DNA of 64,000 bases from Candidatus Iainarchaeum sp. (GTDB taxonomy: Archaea > Iainarchaeota > Iainarchaeia > Iainarchaeales > Iainarchaeaceae): NCBI GenBank assembly GCA_043812975.1, contig JBDRLP010000027.1, forward strand, positions 1 through 64,000, read 5' to 3'. A program made the translations under genes and the position numbers. Of this stretch, positions 46,462-55,567 are shown piece by piece. The notes beneath the pieces were generated by a model. It was not told the DNA's origin, ran no database searches, and worked only from the letters and a program-made list of their open reading frames with translations. Position 1 is the stretch's first letter; every line of letters begins with the position of its first letter.

Positions 46462-47364
46462 TTGATGGAAAAGTACGATTTTATTATTGTTGGAGCTGGT
46501 TCTGCTGGGTTACCTGCTGCAGTTTATGCTGCAAGATTTAAACTAAAAACATTAGTAATAGGGGCAGTTGTTGGTGGAACAATAATTAATACTCACGTTG
46601 TTGAAAACTGGCCCGGCATTATTGAGGTTTCTGGCTGGGACTTAATGGAAAAACTAAAAGAACACGTTAAAGCCAATGATGTTGAAATTGTAAATGATAA
46701 AGTTATTGATGTCAAAAAAGAAAATAATTTTTTCATTGTAAAAACTAATGAAAAAGAATTCAAGGCAAAAACAATTCTTATTGCAACAGGAACTGAAAGA
46801 AAAAAACTGAATGTTAAAGGCGAAAAAGAATTCACAAACAAAGGAGTTAGTTATTGCGCTGTTTGTGATGGGGCCTTATTTAAAGACAAAATTGTTAGCG
46901 TCATTGGCGGATCAGATTCTGCAGCAAAAGAAGCATTATTCTTATCAGAGCATGCAAAAAAAGTTTACATTATTTACAGGGGGACAAAGATTAAAGCCGA
47001 ACCAATTAATGCTGAGCGTGTTGAAAAAAACAGCAAGATAGAAATTCTTTACGAAAAAAATATTAGTGAAATTTTTGGAGAACAACTGGTTACTGGCATT
47101 AAGTTCAAGGAAGGCGGAGAACTAAAATTATCCGCAGTATTTGTAGAGGTAGGTGCAATTCCAAATTCTGAGTTAGCGGAAAAACTTGGGGTTAAACTTA
47201 CTGATAAAAAGGAAATAATTATTGATGCTGAAAGCAAGACAAACGTTCCCGGGGTTTTTGCGGCAGGAGATGTTGGTAATAAACATTTCAAACAGGCAAT
47301 CACAGGAGCCTCTGAAGGCGTCATTGCAGCTTTTTCAGCTTATGAGTACATTAACAGTAAATAA
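46462..47364 (+). CDS. trxB: Thioredoxin reductase
   Basis: GAGSAG, GVSYCAVCDG and T.VPGVFAAGD motifs. Confidence 0.92.
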   Translation: MMEKYDFIIVGAGSAGLPAAVYAARFKLKTLVIGAVVGGTIINTHVVENWPGIIEVSGWDLMEKLKEHVKANDVEIVNDKVIDVKKENNFFIVKTNEKEFKAKTILIATGTERKKLNVKGEKEFTNKGVSYCAVCDGALFKDKIVSVIGGSDSAAKEALFLSEHAKKVYIIYRGTKIKAEPINAERVEKNSKIEILYEKNISEIFGEQLVTGIKFKEGGELKLSAVFVEVGAIPNSELAEKLGVKLTDKKEIIIDAESKTNVPGVFAAGDVGNKHFKQAITGASEGVIAAFSAYEYINSK

Positions 47365-47396
47365 TCCTAATGATATAATCCCGAACAAGATTCAAT

Positions 47397-48095
47397 TTAA
47401 ACAAGAAGCTTTACTAATTGTGCAACAATTAAACTGATAAAAAACCCAGTCACAAAAAATGAAAGCTTTCCTTCTTTTTTGTAAGGAAGCATATCCCTAA
47501 TACTCACATAAAGCAAAGCCCCAAGCACAAGGGAAAACACGATATAGTAAAGAGTTTTATCCGGGTGCAATAAACCTGCAAAAATAACCCCTAGTAACGG
47601 AGCAATGGAAAGTAAAATATTCACTGTTTGACTTTGTTTGAAATAATTATCAATATGGGTTAATGATACTGATGATGCTAAAGTATGAAGAAGTAAAGCA
47701 AAATAAATCACGATTCCAAGTAACATGTTTGTTGACTGGAAAGCAAACACTATTGCTATTCCTACCACAAAATGGTCAATAAAAAAACCAATTGCATGAA
47801 CCTCAGCAAGATCTTTCATTAGTTTATCTTTGTCCGTAATATGCTGATAAATAAATTTTTCCGATACGTGGAACAAAACAAATCCAAGAATTAAGAGAAT
47901 AAAAATATTATCCCCGATAAAATTCTGTCCTTTGAAGAATTCAGGCATCAAAAAAACAAAAATTTGAGTAATAAATAATCCTGCTGAAAAACTGATTAGT
48001 TCATCATGGAATTTTTCAATTTTATTAGAAAATCTTTCGGAAAAATAATGCAATAAACTTAAAATTGCGGCTAAAGTAATTTCAAAGAAAACCAT
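47397..48095 (-). CDS. ZIP-family divalent metal transporter
   Basis: SFSAG, H...F..DHF..G, LLHT and GALLYV..RDMLP patterns; multiple TM helices. Confidence 0.75.
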   Translation of the reverse strand: MVFFEITLAAILSLLHYFSERFSNKIEKFHDELISFSAGLFITQIFVFLMPEFFKGQNFIGDNIFILLILGFVLFHVSEKFIYQHITDKDKLMKDLAEVHAIGFFIDHFVVGIAIVFAFQSTNMLLGIVIYFALLLHTLASSVSLTHIDNYFKQSQTVNILLSIAPLLGVIFAGLLHPDKTLYYIVFSLVLGALLYVSIRDMLPYKKEGKLSFFVTGFFISLIVAQLVKLLV

Positions 48096-48365
48096 GGAAA
48101 GTATATGTTTTAACTGGTTAAAAAAGTTTACATGTTGTTTTAATTTTTTCAATCATTTTTGAATGATTAAACATAAGTATTTATTTGATTAATAATCCCA
48201 ATTACTGCTGATTTAACGGAAGTGTTTCCAATATGAATGGCGGTGGTGGTTGCGGTTATTAAAGTAGCTAAATAAAATTCCCTGCAGACTAATGCATTTT
48301 GCATTTGGATGTACCCTGCATTTGGATGCAGGTAAATAAATACTCTTTTCTTCTAATTTTTTATT

Positions 48366-49355
48366 ATGGAAAAAATACCAATTAAAGGAGATTCAGAAAA
48401 TCAGGTTTTTGATGCCTTAAAAAAAGCCTGTTCAGGAGTAGAATTTAGTTCTTTTGAAGTAGGTGTTTCTAGTGATTCACTAGAAACTAAATATGAAATA
48501 AGAAAAAAATCAATCGATTTTATAAAATCCACGTTCAAAACAAAACACGACCCTGAAAATTTTGAAATCTATATTCTAATTCACTTTGATCGAGGATTTA
48601 TTGAAGCTACTCCTACAAATGTTCTTGTTGAAGGGGCTTATAATAAAGTTTCAAGAGAAATTGCTCAGACCTTTCATTATTGTTTTAAGTGCAGGGGCAG
48701 GGGTTGCAAAAAATGTAACAAAACAGGAAAACTTTCAGAGGAATCAGTTCAGGAACTAATAGAAAAAATAGTTCTGCCGGAGTTTAAATCATCTGAATCT
48801 AAATTTCATGGTTGTGGAAGAGAAGACAAAGATGTTTTGATGTTGGGTAAAGGAAGGCCTTTTGTAATAGAATTGGTCGAACCAAAAAAACGTTCAGTTA
48901 ATTTGAAGAAACTTGAAGATACAATTAATTCAAAAAATAAGAACAAGATTTCAGTTAATGGTGTAAAGTTTGTTGAAAAGCAAAGGATTGTAGAAATAAA
49001 AAATACGCCATTTGAAAAAATTTATCTTGCAAAATGTTCGTGTTCAGAAATTTCAAAAAAAGAAACTGAATCGCTAATTAATAAAGAAATAAAGATTATT
49101 CAGCGTACTCCTGTTCGAGTTGAAAAAAGACGGGTTGATAAGGAACGTGAAAAAACAGCAAAAATAATTAAAGCAGAAATTCTAAACAAAAAAGAATTTT
49201 TATTAGAAATACTTTCATCGCATGGTCTTTATATTAAAGAGTTTATTTCTGGAGATGAAAAAAGAACTGAACCGAGCATTTCTTCTATGCTCGGAAAAGA
49301 ATGTATTTGTAAAGAACTTGCTGTTTTAGAAATAGTGTTACCTAAAAAAAATTAG
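48366..49355 (+). CDS. pus10: tRNA pseudouridine(54/55) synthase Pus10
   Basis: FHGCGREDKDV.MLG.GRPFV, QRTP.RV..RR and GLYIKEFISGD..RT.PS motifs. Confidence 0.92.
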   Translation: MEKIPIKGDSENQVFDALKKACSGVEFSSFEVGVSSDSLETKYEIRKKSIDFIKSTFKTKHDPENFEIYILIHFDRGFIEATPTNVLVEGAYNKVSREIAQTFHYCFKCRGRGCKKCNKTGKLSEESVQELIEKIVLPEFKSSESKFHGCGREDKDVLMLGKGRPFVIELVEPKKRSVNLKKLEDTINSKNKNKISVNGVKFVEKQRIVEIKNTPFEKIYLAKCSCSEISKKETESLINKEIKIIQRTPVRVEKRRVDKEREKTAKIIKAEILNKKEFLLEILSSHGLYIKEFISGDEKRTEPSISSMLGKECICKELAVLEIVLPKKN

Positions 49356-49377
49356 ATATCCTCTATCCCCCGCTCCG

Positions 49378-49428
49378 CCACCGTTGCGTCGGTGGGGTAC
49401 GCGTCCACCTCACTTGTGTTCGGTAGGA
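49378..49428. repeat. GC-rich ~55-bp hairpin element, copy A, flanked by a duplicated radA 3' end
   Basis: CCACCG-TTGCGT-CGGTGG hairpin; homologous to 59978-60030; exact 22-bp flanking repeats at 49356-49377 and 49433-49454. Confidence 0.75.
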
Positions 49429-51912
49429 CTAAATATCCTCTATCCCCCGCTCCGTTACCCTGTAAATGGCTTCTCCGTCAGGTAATGAAGGGCTATCAAC
49501 TAATTTTGCAACTCTTTTATCTTCCTTGCTTTTCCTCAAATACAGTCTTGTTTTGGAAGCGTGTGCAACCACGTTTCCTCCAACAGGTGCTGTTGGGTCA
49601 CCAAACATTATGTCAGGTCTCTCCATAACCTGGTTTGTTACAAGCACTACAACATTTGACATTTCTGCAAGCTTTTGCAGAGTGCGCATATGTGTGTTAA
49701 GTTTCTGTTGTCTTTCTGCAAGAGTTCCTCTTCCAACGAACTCAGATCTGAATTGTGCCATGAGAGAATCCACTATAACGAGTTTAATATTTTTCTCTTT
49801 CACGAGTTCTGATGCTTTTTCAGCCAATAACATTTGGTGGTCACTATTGTATGCTCTTGCCACATAAATGTTTTTCAAAACTTCTTCAGAGTCAAGTCCC
49901 TGGGCTTCTGCAATTGCAACAATTCTTTCAGGCCTGAAACTGTTTTCGGAATCAATGTAAAGACATGATCCGTCTAAACCTCCTTTTTCTTTTGGTAATT
50001 GTACTGTTACTGCTGTTTGAAAACACCATTGGGTGTTATGCAAGTACACTGGTTTGTTTCCGCCTATGAAACTGTGCACTCCCGGAACCACTAAATCATA
50101 CACCCAGTCATTATATTTTGTGTTGCTAATTTTTGTTATTTTTTCCCATTTTACCTTGCTTTTATGGATTAGTTCAAGCATTCCAAGGTCTTTTTTGAGT
50201 TCTTTGTTTTCAATTAATGTATTTGTCATTTTTGCGAGTGTTTCTGTAATTTCACCTGCTTTTTGCGAACTCATTTTTCTGCTAATGTAGTTTTGGAATG
50301 TGCTTTTGTTCAGATTCATTTCATTTCTTATTTCTTCTGTACTAAAAGGGAGCAGTTCCAATGCTTTGAATACGTGTTTTTTTGAGGGGGTTTCCAGAAA
50401 TTCTTTTGCTTCCCTTATTTCCCACAGCCTTGTTTTGAAAAAATCCTGCATGTCCTCAAGAGTTTTGTGCGTTATTCTTTCCATTGCAGGTTTTTTTGCA
50501 AAAAAACTCACAAACAGTGTTTTGTATCCCTTGTTAAACATTGTTTTTTTGTTCCACTTATTGAATCTTCTTCTTGAACCGCTTAGTTTTGAATAGATTC
50601 TTTTGTAAACAGGTTCAATTGCTTTTAAGGGCAAGCAATATTTTGTCGAAATATTTTTTCCACCGGTAAGCAAATCCTCTTTTTTTATTAAACTATACTC
50701 TTTCATTAGTTTGCCAATAATCATTTTTGCTTTTGGTTCTGTTATAAAGTTTTTGTAAAACTCTTTTTCTTTAATAATGCTTGTTTTTGCCGTAACACTA
50801 ACTCCTGTTCTTGAGAACAAGTAAGCAAGTCCTGTGCTTAATTTTTTCGATCTTGTCCCTGTAATAATACTATTGCTAATTTCCCCGTCACCATCAAGGT
50901 AACCTGCCAAAAATGATTTTATTGTTTCTTCTTTTGCAGTTAAAATTTCTTCTGGGACAAATTTTGTGTAGGAATTGGTTTTGCCAAGTTCTTTCAGGAA
51001 TTCTTTTGTTGGTTTTTGGAAAATAATTAATTGTTTTTTTTCATTAAAAGATGGGGTGTAACCGAATCTTTTTTCAATGTAATTAAGTATCCACTTTTGT
51101 GCTTTTTTGTTAAAAATTGTTATACTGCAAGGATTAGCACAGCCTTCTGCTGAAAACAACCCTAAAAAGTAAGCGTCATCTATTGAAAGTTCTTTTCCTT
51201 CAAAATCAATTTTTTCAGGCACTCCAATAAAATCCCCTTCTTTCAGAAGGCCACTCGATTTCCATCGAATTCCTTCTTCATCGATAGTAAGGAGAGGGTG
51301 ATTTTCTGTTAATTTTATTTCTGCTCCTCTTTCGGTTTCAATTGCCCTGAGTGTTTCACAATACTCTTTGAACAACTTTGAAGCAGACGCTTTTTTCGGG
51401 TTTCCTTGTTTGTCTATTCCAATTACTTGAACAGGTTTTTTTAATTCCGCTAAATAACCTCCATCAAATTTCTTTTCATTAACCGCATAATTTTCGTACA
51501 CTTCCTCAATTGACCTCAAATGTGCCCTATCAGGATTAAAATAAAGAATGTTAGTGTCCTTTGAAACACATTTTCCTGAAGCAAACTTTCCATAAATTTC
51601 TGTAATGCTTTGGGTTTCTATTCCACCGCCTATGAGATTATCTACTTCTTTACTTCCCATAGTTAGTTTTCCTACGAGTTTTCTTTTTTCAGCTAAAACA
51701 GATGCGGATTCATAACCCATTTCTAAAGCATCCCTTGCTGCTTTGATTGCTTTATCAGCTGTGCCATCCCCCAATCCAGCTATTTCCTTTAATTCCTTTG
51801 GAGATGCAACTGCAATATTTTCCAGGGTTTTGTAGCCTGCATTAATTAGTTTTTCACTTGCCAGTGGTCCTACACCAGGCAAATCTTCGATTTTTTTAAT
51901 TTCTTTAGTCAT
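49429..51912 (-). CDS. radA: DNA repair and recombination protein RadA with an intein
   Basis: N-terminal HhH (DLPGVG); GGGIETQSITE.YG...SGK|TQ Walker A split by the intein; YIDSENSFRPER and GRGTLAERQQKL motifs. Confidence 0.96.
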   Translation of the reverse strand: MTKEIKKIEDLPGVGPLASEKLINAGYKTLENIAVASPKELKEIAGLGDGTADKAIKAARDALEMGYESASVLAEKRKLVGKLTMGSKEVDNLIGGGIETQSITEIYGKFASGKCVSKDTNILYFNPDRAHLRSIEEVYENYAVNEKKFDGGYLAELKKPVQVIGIDKQGNPKKASASKLFKEYCETLRAIETERGAEIKLTENHPLLTIDEEGIRWKSSGLLKEGDFIGVPEKIDFEGKELSIDDAYFLGLFSAEGCANPCSITIFNKKAQKWILNYIEKRFGYTPSFNEKKQLIIFQKPTKEFLKELGKTNSYTKFVPEEILTAKEETIKSFLAGYLDGDGEISNSIITGTRSKKLSTGLAYLFSRTGVSVTAKTSIIKEKEFYKNFITEPKAKMIIGKLMKEYSLIKKEDLLTGGKNISTKYCLPLKAIEPVYKRIYSKLSGSRRRFNKWNKKTMFNKGYKTLFVSFFAKKPAMERITHKTLEDMQDFFKTRLWEIREAKEFLETPSKKHVFKALELLPFSTEEIRNEMNLNKSTFQNYISRKMSSQKAGEITETLAKMTNTLIENKELKKDLGMLELIHKSKVKWEKITKISNTKYNDWVYDLVVPGVHSFIGGNKPVYLHNTQWCFQTAVTVQLPKEKGGLDGSCLYIDSENSFRPERIVAIAEAQGLDSEEVLKNIYVARAYNSDHQMLLAEKASELVKEKNIKLVIVDSLMAQFRSEFVGRGTLAERQQKLNTHMRTLQKLAEMSNVVVLVTNQVMERPDIMFGDPTAPVGGNVVAHASKTRLYLRKSKEDKRVAKLVDSPSLPDGEAIYRVTERGIEDI
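50035..51570 (-). mobile_element. RadA intein (512 aa) with LAGLIDADG endonuclease
   Basis: Starts at Cys (CVSKDT), block B TENHPL, LGLFSAEG and FLAGYLDGDG motifs, VYDLVVPG.HSF, ends LHN followed by Thr+1. Confidence 0.95.
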
Positions 51913-52056
51913 TTTGGTTCCTCCCTAAAACCTGTACCTTTGCGAGGAATCTCCTTTGACCTAGAGTTCCACCTGAGCACGGTCTTTTCATTAAAATAAG
52001 TGCTTTTGATTTATAAATACTTTTAGGGTTAGTTGCCGGTGTGGGATTTTATTAGT

Positions 52057-52269
52057 TTATTTAAAATTTGGAGGAAGCCCAGATTTAAAAAATTCCATTG
52101 GAGATATCCCAAGTTTTTCTAATAAAGGAAGCATTTCTTCTCTTATTCTATCTACTTCTTCAGTGGTTTTAGCGACTCTAATTCTGGCGTCGTAATTTTT
52201 AATCTCGAGTATAGTTCCTCTTCTAGTAAAAGGAGTTTTACAGCCAAATTTTCTCCATAATCTTGGCAT
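52057..52269 (-). CDS. Orphan small protein with basic N-terminus
   Basis: MPRLWRKFG...; TTTAAATA box about 25 nt upstream (leaderless). Confidence 0.55.
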   Translation of the reverse strand: MPRLWRKFGCKTPFTRRGTILEIKNYDARIRVAKTTEEVDRIREEMLPLLEKLGISPMEFFKSGLPPNFK

Positions 52270-52307
52270 TATAAAATTTAGTCTTTAGTCCTATTTAAAG
52301 GAAACCC

Positions 52308-53138
52308 TTATTCGCTTTTATCCGCAAAAATCCTTGCACTCCACCCAAGGTGAAGCTCTATTCCGTCTCTTCCTTCTTTAGTGTAACATCCTTCAATCAA
52401 AACTTGATCGCCCTCAGAAAACCTTTCAACTTCATCACACATTTCATTCCATGCAGTCCCCCTTATTTCATTTACTCCTTCGCCAATCATAAAATTCATT
52501 ACTTTTCCTTTTCCTTTCCCGGTTTCGAATTCTTTTGCAGGAAAAACTCTTTTAATTTCAACTTTAACATTAACATCATTCATATTTAAATCAAGATCAG
52601 TTATACTCACAATATTTTTTTCAATTTCAGGAAGTTCAGCAGTTTCATCTTTTGCAAAAGAACTATTATAATTCAGGTTCAGTTGCAAAGTATTATTATA
52701 ACTGGTTACTGCGCAGTTGCTAAGTTTTAATGCAGTTCCTTTTTGGAGCCCCATTTCTGAAAACTTGTCAACATCTTTGTTCCAGAGGGTGGCTCTTATT
52801 TCTCCAGTGTCATCAAGCAGAATAACACTCTGTAATTTTCCCGTTCTGCCATTTTTGTCAAAATTTTTTGGAGCATAAGCCTGTTTTAGCCTTGCGATTA
52901 CATCAATATTATTCATTCCTTCTTTCAGAGAATTAATCTTTATAGCTTCAGTAGGCCTGCTATTCAAGTTAACCCCTAGTTCTTTGGCAATCATAAAAGC
53001 CGCACCTGAATCAGTTAATAATCCTGAAAATTTCTCTTTTTTCTGATCTATGAGCTGTTTAACCTCCGCATTCGTTTTTCCGCTTGAAGAAGCTATTGTT
53101 TCAACTATTCCTTGTTCTGCTGTCGCATTCATTTCCAT
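52308..53138 (-). CDS. Replication protein A-like OB-fold ssDNA-binding protein
   Basis: N-terminal helical GLLT..GAA..IAKELG domain plus two OB folds (DDTGEIRATLW; GTAWN). Confidence 0.88.
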   Translation of the reverse strand: MEMNATAEQGIVETIASSSGKTNAEVKQLIDQKKEKFSGLLTDSGAAFMIAKELGVNLNSRPTEAIKINSLKEGMNNIDVIARLKQAYAPKNFDKNGRTGKLQSVILLDDTGEIRATLWNKDVDKFSEMGLQKGTALKLSNCAVTSYNNTLQLNLNYNSSFAKDETAELPEIEKNIVSITDLDLNMNDVNVKVEIKRVFPAKEFETGKGKGKVMNFMIGEGVNEIRGTAWNEMCDEVERFSEGDQVLIEGCYTKEGRDGIELHLGWSARIFADKSE

Positions 53139-53190
53139 CCTAAAAGTCAAGTGCTTAAAGAATAAATAACTTACTCTCAAGAAAGCTATT

Positions 53191-53838
53191 ATGTTCGAAA
53201 AAATCACTGAAAACCTTTACCGGCTCATAGTGCAGGGAAATAGCAGCAATGTTTTTCTCATAAAAGCAGATCAAAATATTCTAATTGATACCGGTCTTGA
53301 AGCTGATTCAAAAAAACTTGAACAGGCTCTTGAAAATGAGAATCTAATCCCAAAAGATATTTCATTGATTTTACATACCCATGGCCATGCTGACCACATC
53401 GGAGGCGATATTTTGTTTCCTCGTGCTGAAAAATGGATGTCAAAGTTTGACGGTGAATTAGTAAATGAAAAAGACGATTCTTTTGTTCTTGCTTCGTGGT
53501 TTAATCAGTATCATTACCCGGAAATAAATAATTTTTACAAAAAAAATCAGGTTTTTGAATTCGGAAACTTTTCTTTGAAAGTTATTGAAACCCCTGGTCA
53601 TACTCGTGGAAGTGTTTCATTTTATGATGAAAAAAACAAAATTCTTTTTTCAGGAGATACTTTGTTCAAAGGAACAATAGGCCGTTATGATCTTAATTCC
53701 TCAAGCAAGGAAGAACTAACTGAAAGCATCAAGAAAATTTCCCAGTTGGATTATAAGATTCTTTTACCCAGCCACGGAGAAATATTACGGGAAAACCAAA
53801 AAGAGAATATAGAAGCCGCATTTAAGTTGCTTGAATAA
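53191..53838 (+). CDS. MBL-fold metallo-hydrolase (glyoxalase II-like)
   Basis: THGHADHIGG, TPGHT.GS, FSGDTLF and PSHG motifs. Confidence 0.92.
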   Translation: MFEKITENLYRLIVQGNSSNVFLIKADQNILIDTGLEADSKKLEQALENENLIPKDISLILHTHGHADHIGGDILFPRAEKWMSKFDGELVNEKDDSFVLASWFNQYHYPEINNFYKKNQVFEFGNFSLKVIETPGHTRGSVSFYDEKNKILFSGDTLFKGTIGRYDLNSSSKEELTESIKKISQLDYKILLPSHGEILRENQKENIEAAFKLLE

Positions 53839-53914
53839 ATTAAACTCCTTAAAAAGCTTTCCAATCCAGATTACATTTTTATATGGTTTAGAAGTTAGTT
53901 TATTAGTTGATTTT

Positions 53915-54694
53915 ATGGATGATGGCAAAATCTACAAGCAGATATTAAAGAGAATTCAGGAAAAAGGCGGTCTGGCTTTTACAGTAATAGACCCTCCAAA
54001 CCAGGAACCAGTAACCTCAGGAAAATTAGCAAAAGTAGCTGAAGAAGCAGGAATAGACGCAATTGCTGTTGGTGGTTCTGTAGGAGCGCAAGGAGAACTT
54101 TTAGATAATACTATTCTTCAAATAAAGGAAAATTGTTCTTTACCTGTTATTTTATTCCCTGGGAATATTGCTTCAATCAGCAAGCATGCCGATGCAATTT
54201 ATTTTATGTCAATGCTTAATTCTTTAGACCCCTATTATATTACTGGAGCTCAGATAGCGTCATCTTATCCTTTAAAAAAAACAGGGTTGGAAATAATTCC
54301 AACTTCTTATATTATTGTTGAGCCTGGCAGAGCCGTAGGATGGGTTGGCAGAAGCCAACCAATACCAAGAGAACTTCCTTACTTAGCAGGAATAACCGCA
54401 CTTGCCGGTGAATACATGGGTTCAAAGTTAGCAATTTTAGAATCAGGAGGAGGAGCCCAAAGCCCTGCCCCAAAAGAAATGATTGCTTATACAAGAAAAC
54501 TAATTGATATTCCTATTTTAGTTGCCGGCGGAGTAAAAAATGATAAATATGCTTATGATTGCATAAAAGCAGGAGCCGACATTGTTCATATTGGTACAGC
54601 AATTGAAAATGAATCCACTAATTTTTCAAAAGCAAAAGACTTAATGAAAAAACTAGCAACTGCGGTTACAAAAGCAGGAAAAGAAAAACAATAA
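53915..54694 (+). CDS. Geranylgeranylglyceryl phosphate synthase
   Basis: IDP, VGGS, LPVILFPG, ADAI.FMS.LNS and VAGGV motifs; start MDDGK. Confidence 0.9.
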   Translation: MDDGKIYKQILKRIQEKGGLAFTVIDPPNQEPVTSGKLAKVAEEAGIDAIAVGGSVGAQGELLDNTILQIKENCSLPVILFPGNIASISKHADAIYFMSMLNSLDPYYITGAQIASSYPLKKTGLEIIPTSYIIVEPGRAVGWVGRSQPIPRELPYLAGITALAGEYMGSKLAILESGGGAQSPAPKEMIAYTRKLIDIPILVAGGVKNDKYAYDCIKAGADIVHIGTAIENESTNFSKAKDLMKKLATAVTKAGKEKQ

Positions 54695-55567
54695 TCAGTT
54701 CATTATTTTTCTCAAAGATTCTTTAGTTGAAAATTTAAAATCGAATCCCAGAGATTTAATTTTTTTGTTAGAATAATACCTGTCTCTTACCATCCTTTTC
54801 AGATAATCCAAGTCTAATAAAGGAACGATTTTCAAGTAACCATTAATGAAAGCAATAATTTTCCCTAAAAACAGAGGAACCTTTTTCAAAGGCTTTTTCA
54901 TACCGCTTTCTTTTCTAATGAATTCAGCAAGTTCTTTCAGAGTCATTGCTTCGTCATCGCAAAGCATAAAAGTTTCCTCAAAACAATTTTCATTGTTAAT
55001 AGAAAACAATATAGCATTCACAACATTTTCCAATGAAACAAGCTGCCAATGATTGGAACCGTCTCCAATAAGCGGAAAATCCTTTCTTATTATTTTGATT
55101 ATTTTATCCCAATAATGGCCTTTTCCTATTATTATTGCAGGTCTGAAAATTGTCACGGGAAAAATTTCCTGATAAGAAAGAACTTTCTGTTCTGCCTCCC
55201 ATTTACTTCTTTCATACCTAGTTTCAGGGTTTGGTTCTGTTTCCTCATTTTTTAATCCATGGGTTTTCCCAAAAACAGCTACACTACTCAAAAAAATAAA
55301 TTGTTTTACTCCATTTTCTGATGCTGCTTCTAAAACATTTTCAGTTCCTTTAACATTAACATCAAACAAATCAGCAGCATGTTCATCAAGCTTTGCTGCA
55401 CAATGTACAACAATATTAGCTCCCTTTAGAGATTTCTTAACCTGTTCAGTTTTAGTAACATCACAGTTCTGGCGGTTGCATTCAATAACATCAAAATGCT
55501 TTGCTTTTAGTTTTTTGACAAGTGCTTTTCCAACTAAACCATTGCTTCCTGTTACTGCAATTTTCAT
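54695..55567 (-). CDS. NAD-dependent epimerase/dehydratase
   Basis: TGSNGLVG, VVHCAA and YERSKWEAE motifs. Confidence 0.88.
   Translation of the reverse strand: MKIAVTGSNGLVGKALVKKLKAKHFDVIECNRQNCDVTKTEQVKKSLKGANIVVHCAAKLDEHAADLFDVNVKGTENVLEAASENGVKQFIFLSSVAVFGKTHGLKNEETEPNPETRYERSKWEAEQKVLSYQEIFPVTIFRPAIIIGKGHYWDKIIKIIRKDFPLIGDGSNHWQLVSLENVVNAILFSINNENCFEETFMLCDDEAMTLKELAEFIRKESGMKKPLKKVPLFLGKIIAFINGYLKIVPLLDLDYLKRMVRDRYYSNKKIKSLGFDFKFSTKESLRKIMN

Noticed and set aside
49378..49428. HDV-like ribozyme or group II intron remnant
   Set aside because: A CAC-CUCACUU-GUG loop resembles P3/L3, but no P2 partner exists and copy B lacks it. Domain V motifs do not align convincingly.
49352..49454. 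DGR template/variable repeat pair
   Set aside because: It is far too short, the differences are not confined to adenines, and no reverse transcriptase is in the window.
51938..51976. Glycine riboswitch (AACUCUAGGUCAAAGG resembles ACUCUCAGG)
   Set aside because: The GGAGA and CCGAAG elements are missing or in the wrong order, and the radA context does not fit.
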